Source of the DNA: Octopus vulgaris
Taxonomy: Eukaryota
Assembly (NCBI GenBank): GCA_951406725.2
Contig: OX597816.1
Coordinates: 18,786,001 to 18,850,000 of the forward strand
DNA length: 64,000 nucleotides
Direction of reading: 5' to 3'
Within the stretch, counting starts at the first letter, position 1, and every line of letters starts with the position of its first letter. Positions 57,847 through 64,000 of the stretch are shown in pieces. The translations under genes and the position numbers were made by a program. The notes under the pieces are model-generated. The model had not been told where the DNA came from and did not search any database. It saw nothing but the letters and a program-made list of their open reading frames with translations.

Positions 57847-58129
57847 TCACAACAAGTCACATTCTTTAAATTCAAGAGAAGTTTAACTTCAAATGTTCAC
57901 TACTTTAGGACCTGATCCATCAAGTAAATTTTGCAACCCTATCATAAGAATAGCAGAAACTTAATATCACAGCTCAGAATTCTCTACTGGCAACAGTTGA
58001 AAGATTTATATATTTTATATAGATCCCTGATGGTTTTGCGGTTTTTTATAATGAAACTAGTGTCAAAATAAAGAACACGTTTCCCAACGGAGACTTACGT
58101 GCATCTCACATTCAAAGATATTTCAAAAT

Positions 58130-58333
58130 ATATTTCTTTACTACTCACAAGGGGCTAAACACAGAGGGGACAAACAAGGACAGACAAACGGATTAAGTCG
58201 ATTACATCGGCCCCGGTGCATAACTGGTACTTAATTTATCGATCCCGAAAGGATGAACTCGGAACGTAAAGACAGACGAAATACGGCTACGCATTTCGCC
58301 CCGCGTGCTAATGTTTCTGCCAGCTCACCGCCT
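58130..58333 (-). mobile_element. SINE family 1 with internal deletion
   Basis: As 22220-22448 but lacking the aggcaaagtcgacctc segment. Confidence 0.82.
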
Positions 58334-59098
58334 TCATGCTATTTCAAAATACTTAAGACCTACTTACCATGTCCTCCCGTTCAGCGTACACTTGATTTCT
58401 TGCCATGTACAAGAGTTTGCACAATATTTATTGAATCACTCGTACAGATGAAAATATATACTGGTAACGGAAAACAATTCAGCATCATTAACACTATCAA
58501 ATACATAACCACATGTAGCGTTATAATGGCACTTCTGCTCTTGTAATATCACATGTTTTTGACCTGCAATGCAGATGCTAATGTTTATAAACTTAGAAGA
58601 TCATATATTTTGTAAGTAAAACTATATACTTTAAAACAATATATTGTGTTGTAATGCATACGTATATCCCTAAAGCAATATTAACAACGGTATATTTCAA
58701 GATATTTCGTACCTACGAAATATATTAACATGGAAATCAAAATTTATAAAGTTTATAAAATTTTACTTCAAAATTCTAGTTGAATATATTGCATTAAAGC
58801 ATTAGCACATTCACATAGAAAATCCTAAGATATCGCCATAAAAAGGTTAATATTTACAAGCGTGTATATACTTAGAATTACCTAGGTATACGTATATAGA
58901 TACGTACACTCATACATACGTGCGAGCTCACGCACAACACACATATACATACGAGAGTGTGTATGTGTGTAAACATATGTGTGTATGAGTAAGTATACAT
59001 TTAAAAATGTCTATGAATATAAACACATCCATATATATGTATGATGCGTGTGTATGCGTGAATATATATATATATGTGTGCGTCTGTGTGTGTGTGTG

Positions 59099-59365
59099 TG
59101 GAGGCACATCGCCTAGTGGTTAGAGCAGCGGATTCGCGGTTGGGGGATCACGGGTTCGAAATCTCAGACCGGGCGACGTGTGTGTTTATGAGCGAAACCC
59201 CAAAGCTACACGCGGCTCCGACAGAAGGTAATGGCGAACTTCTGCTGACTCTTTCGCCACAAATTTTTCTCACTCTTTCCTCCTGCATCTTGCAGCTCAC
59301 CTGCGACCGCCCGGCGTCCCATCCAGCTGGGAACCTATACGCCAAGGAAACCGGGAAATAGGCCA
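59099..59365 (+). mobile_element. SINE family 2 variant
   Basis: ggaggcacatcgcctagtggttagagcagcgg...ggttcgaaatc...gaaaccgggaaa. Confidence 0.78.
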
Positions 59366-59366
59366 T

Positions 59367-59397
<31 letters not shown>

Positions 59398-59629
59398 TTT
59401 TTTATTAGCCACACAGGGCTGCACGCAGACGGGACAGATTACAAAGTAGAGCTTTTCTTTTGGGGGAGAGAAAAAAATGAGGTGTAGGTTTTCGATCAAA
59501 AGGGATCGTAAAAGGGAAAGAAAAAAAGGAAAGAAAAAAGAAAAAAACAAGAAAAAAGGCAAGGAAAAAATAATCAATAGGGATTGTGTATCACAGAAAT
59601 GTCATGATGTGAAGTGTAAAGGGGGTAGC

Positions 59630-59715
<86 letters not shown>

Positions 59716-59723
59716 GTAGATAG
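59630..59723. repeat. (GATA)n microsatellite
   Basis: Read directly from the sequence. Confidence 0.97.
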
Positions 59724-61294
59724 TATGGCTTTAGAAAATATGTGTTATTGAAGAAGCGGAGCAAAGCCTTAATAAACAGTGAAGTGGTGTGAAAAAAAAA
59801 AAACTATAACATTGGAAAGAAACGCATCAGGATCTCTGTTACCTGACATCGCAGCAATACCTATAACGTTGCTAAGTTTCAAAGAAAGATGTAGGTAAAA
59901 TGTCATTTATATTTCTCTTCATATAAATCACAATTCGTTTTATCGGAAATATATCTAAATATTATAACTCGTGTAACTATTCTTGCTGATCGTTGAAAGA
60001 GTTAATTAAATTTCAACGTGTTAGTAATGCGTTGCAAAAAAAAAAAAACAAAAAAAAAACATATATGCCAGAATTTTTAAAGTACTTACATAAACAATGA
60101 TTAAAATGGTACAAGTACATAAAGAAGAAAAAATATTTTCTATTTGAAAATAATTGTATTCATCTTTTGTTTATGCTCTAGAAATAAAAACTATTCCATA
60201 ATACAAGGCTTCCTATGGTGCATTGTTTATTTTCCTGTTTCATATGTGTTATAATGTCTTCCTGGAAGCAATGAGGTTTAGAATTACCAAAGCGTCCAGA
60301 AAAATATTTTGGATTATTTCGTCTAGTTTTGTGAAGGTTCGTTTTTCACAAACGATCGATTTTACAAGAATTTTGTCTGAAATATGATCATATCAAACGT
60401 GTAGAGATATCTCTTCAATGGAGCACAATTCAACTTTGTCCTGGAATTTCCAGTGGTGGCACAATTTCCAAATTCTTTGAGACATTGACCGTTCTTAGAC
60501 CATTAACGGTGGTCTAAAACTGGGGGATCAGTTATACGGGTAATTTTAGGGGCAGGCCATAGAAAAAGCATTTCTATTGCCTGCATCCTGAGAATATAGA
60601 AAAACAGTTAATGCACCCTAATTGGTTTCGCCAGTAATAGCGATGCTAACTAATTTTCTCAATTTTTTTTTTTTTATGATTTAGTTTTCTCCGGTTTAAA
60701 CATATTTGTGTTCTTTTTCTGAAGCAATGCCTGTTATGCATTTCCTTACTATAAGGTGTGCGATCCCCAATGAGTTTTACTTTCTTTTAACAAACATTTA
60801 AACAAAGAGAACTATTATGTTGCTCAATCATATTGTTATTTCTGAGGTGCCTTGAATGCTAATACATACTGTACACTCGTTGTAGGTTTAAAGCATTTTC
60901 TGTTGCAACGGCCATAATTTTCTTAAATATGCGGATGTATAATAATGCTACTTTTTGTATAGGATGCATGTATGCAGGTCAAGTAATTACCATTATGTAT
61001 TCTATCGCATGTTTCTACATATACAACACGAGAGATTTCAGAAATAATTCTGAATTTTTATTTCTATTTCAACATCTTCAGTTTTAGAAATTTCTCTCCC
61101 TTCTTTGTACAATGAGAACATGTTTATTTCCTGGTTTTACTATTGTTAATTTTCTTATGTCCGGTGAAATGGACTGTTATCCTGATTTAGGATGACCCAC
61201 TCAAGGGAATCTAATCATGGAGGTATTATGAACGAGTATTTCCTCCATCAGAATAAATATCAAAGTGACAGACGAAGGTCCATGCTCATTTGTA

Positions 61295-61598
61295 TTGGGT
61301 TGTCCGGAAAGTTCGTTCCGATTTTTTAAAGGAAATAAACAGGTCAATAAATACTTGCCATTACATTTTTAATCAACCAAATATGAACCATTTTGTTGCA
61401 CTTTCTTATATTCTCCTTAAACGGGTTACATAATTAACACAGGTTATAGGAACATCAACCTTCTTCCACGAAAATATAACTTAAGCTGTGCTCTAAATGG
61501 AGGCGTAGTCAAATCATATTTTAAGGACTCAAACATGTTCTAAAATAAGTCGTAAGGTAAGCTACTATAAATCGGCACGAAATTTCCGGACAACCCAA
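61295..61598. mobile_element. Mariner-derived MITE (same TIRs as 32619-33159)
   Basis: TA|ttgggttgtccggaaagttcgt ... cacgaaatttccggacaacccaa|TA. Confidence 0.9.
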
Positions 61599-62717
61599 TA
61601 GATTCAAAGAAAATAAACCGCTGCTGCTCATTCTATAAACCAAAGCAAAATATAATTATCAGACATATTAACAACATTGCAAGGTAATCGGAAGGAGTCA
61701 GAAGCATGACCACATGGAAAAGATGTAGGGGTGTATCTAGAAAGAGATTGGGACAGCTGTCGATAGATGTCACATCCTAAAAGTTTGCGGGTTCCACTGT
61801 TTGGGAAACACTGGGAAGAAAATTGGGATAGGTTGCTAAAACGAAAGAAACATATTTGTCATTGAAGATGCTGCAAAGTATAAACTTAAAAAAAACCCAC
61901 ACTCCTCACAACCAAAGACATTCTTTTGGTCGTTGATGTAGGTATTTTATCATAGTACAATATATTGTACGCTACTAGGCACGTATGCAACAGCATCACA
62001 TTTGGTTGAACTGCTTGTTCATTTCCCTGTGGATTCTAACGACCACTATTTTCTCTCGGAAACGTAGCATTTATGATTCACTTTATGTCATGTGTAGAAG
62101 AATACATAGTGTGGGGAAGCAGTAAGAATATAGCACTAAAAATTGCAAAACATCAAGGCCAGAAGGAACAGAAGTAGATGTGAATGAATGATTGTAGACA
62201 TATGAAGAAATCATGCAGTTTCTATCTTGGGGCAAATATCACGTCTGTTTTCGCTGCTGCGTCATCTGTCGCAACTCCTCGGATAACCTGGGCCCGATTA
62301 AATAGAAAATATAAGTAAGACACGTCCATAAAATATTCTACAGAACCATCCATAAACATCTATATCAAGATGAGAAAGTTGATGCTTGTCGCTTCTTGAT
62401 TTACCAAGAACCGAAATGCTCGAAAGCACCTTTAATACTGAGTGACTGTAATAAACAAGGTGAAAGAATTTCTTGTCCGCAAGGTGCATTCAGCTAATCT
62501 CTTTGTATATATGTGTGCGTATGTATTATAGATGCATGCATGCAAATATATACGTTAAAGTTTTAATATAATTTAGTGCATTGCTTTAGATCTTGACAAC
62601 ATTCATTTATGTAAATCATATAGAGAAGTATAATCATGCGTGATTGTCCGGCCAGTTGTTAGGTGTAACTGCAAATTTTGTGGGATATTCTTGGGTAGAC
62701 CTAAGACATGCTTTATA

Positions 62718-63020
62718 GGCCTAGTATTTATTCTATTGGTCTCTTTTGCCGAACCGCTACGTTACAGGACGTAAACACACCAGCGTCGGTTGTCAGTCGA
62801 TGTTGGGGGAACAAACACAGACACACAAACGTATACGCACACACATACATATATACAACGGGCTTCTTTCAGTTTCCGTCTACCACATCCACTCACAATG
62901 CTTTGGTCGGCCCGAGGCTATAGTAGAAGACACTTGTCCAAGGTGCCACGCAGTGGGACTGAACCCAGAACCATGTGGTTCGTAAGCAGGCTACTTACCA
63001 CACAGCCACTCCTATGCCTA
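62718..63020 (-). mobile_element. SINE family 3 (3'-truncated)
   Basis: gcctagtatttattctattggtctc...cacagccactcctatgcc. Confidence 0.82.
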
Positions 63021-63789
63021 TGATAGAAATTAGATAGAAATTAAAATTTTCTCTGATTTTACTGGCAAAAGAATCTGGAAGATACGAACTTCCAACTCAT
63101 TACCCACGAATAGATAAACAACTTTAACTTTACAATATTTTCTATAAATCATATTCTTTAACACATCATTTACTACTATCTGAAGATTATTCTCCGAAAA
63201 CATCATCACTATAAAACATTTTCATCTATTGTGAAGCGTATTTTATTTCAGCTTTTGTTAATTATGGAGTCGAAGGTAAAATTTTGTGGCGGAAATAAAT
63301 AAGCTTGTCCTTAATCTTTCTTAATCTTAAGTTTGCCCTTTTCTTTAATCTTTAAACATCATTTTTCTTGGTTTGACATTTGATATATTGATATTTTTAT
63401 TTACTATTTTTCATTGGATTTTCTCGAATTGCGTTCACGAGCAATGTCACTGTGTCTTAACTGATTAATTAGTAATTTTGTAGTAACCAGAGTCGCGTGG
63501 TATTCTTCAATTTTGGAGACGTTAGACGCTTTCTCTAGTTGTTTTTTTCTCAACTGCTATGTTTTCATTGGCTGGTTTGGGGTTATACGTTTTATGTTAT
63601 CGGATGTGTTTTATTTTCAATGCGTATTCTGCCTACGCGTTTTATCATTTTAAATTTAGAGGCCTATATTTTCTTCTTCTTAGCAGTGTTCATTCCCTTG
63701 TCATCCAAGCAGGGACGTGGTCTTGCTGCCTGCAGATATCCAGCTGCGCAACAATTTTTCATGTAGCTGTGTAAAGTTCTTTAGCCAAT

Positions 63790-64000
63790 AGGCGCAGGAG
63801 TGGCTGTGTGGTAAGTAGCTTGTTTACCAACCACATGTTTCCGGGTTCAGTCCCTCTGCGTGGCGCCTTGGGCAAGTGTCTCCTACTGTAGCCTCTGGCC
63901 GACCAAAGCCTTGTGAGTGGATTTGGTAGACGGAAACTGAAAGAAGCCCGTCGTATGTATGTATATATATGAGTGTGTGTGTGTCTGTGTTGGCCCCCCT
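63790..64000 (+). mobile_element. SINE family 3, runs off the window end
   Basis: ggcgcaggagtggctgtgtggtaagtagcttg...ggttcagtccc. Confidence 0.85.

Noticed and set aside
60150-62500. Coding-like composition on either side of the mariner MITE
   Set aside because: All frames are broken and no domain is recognisable; possibly an old transposon, but it cannot be assigned.

Overview
AT-rich, microsatellite-dense eukaryotic DNA with no confidently identifiable host gene. The repeat landscape suggests an octopus or other cephalopod genome (inference). Most of the ORF track is (TA)n artefact. Recognisable content: a near-complete CR1/L2-group LINE with an uninterrupted APE+RT ORF2 and a CCCH-finger ORF1 (52.6-56.3 kb); truncated relatives; Penelope, RTE, R4/Dong, mariner, Tc1, pogo-like and Helitron-like remnants; three SINE families; and several long fold-back repeats. 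The most notable signal is a set of minimal type-I hammerhead ribozyme motifs carried by sequence-unrelated short repeats and fold-backs next to (TA)n tracts. Each has a palindromic or near-palindromic stem III, and together they show C3-G8, U3-A8 and G3-C8 versions of the core pair. An ~8 kb nest of retroelements also sits inside the internal microsatellite of a single SINE. All calls were made by eye; coordinates of degenerate elements are approximate.
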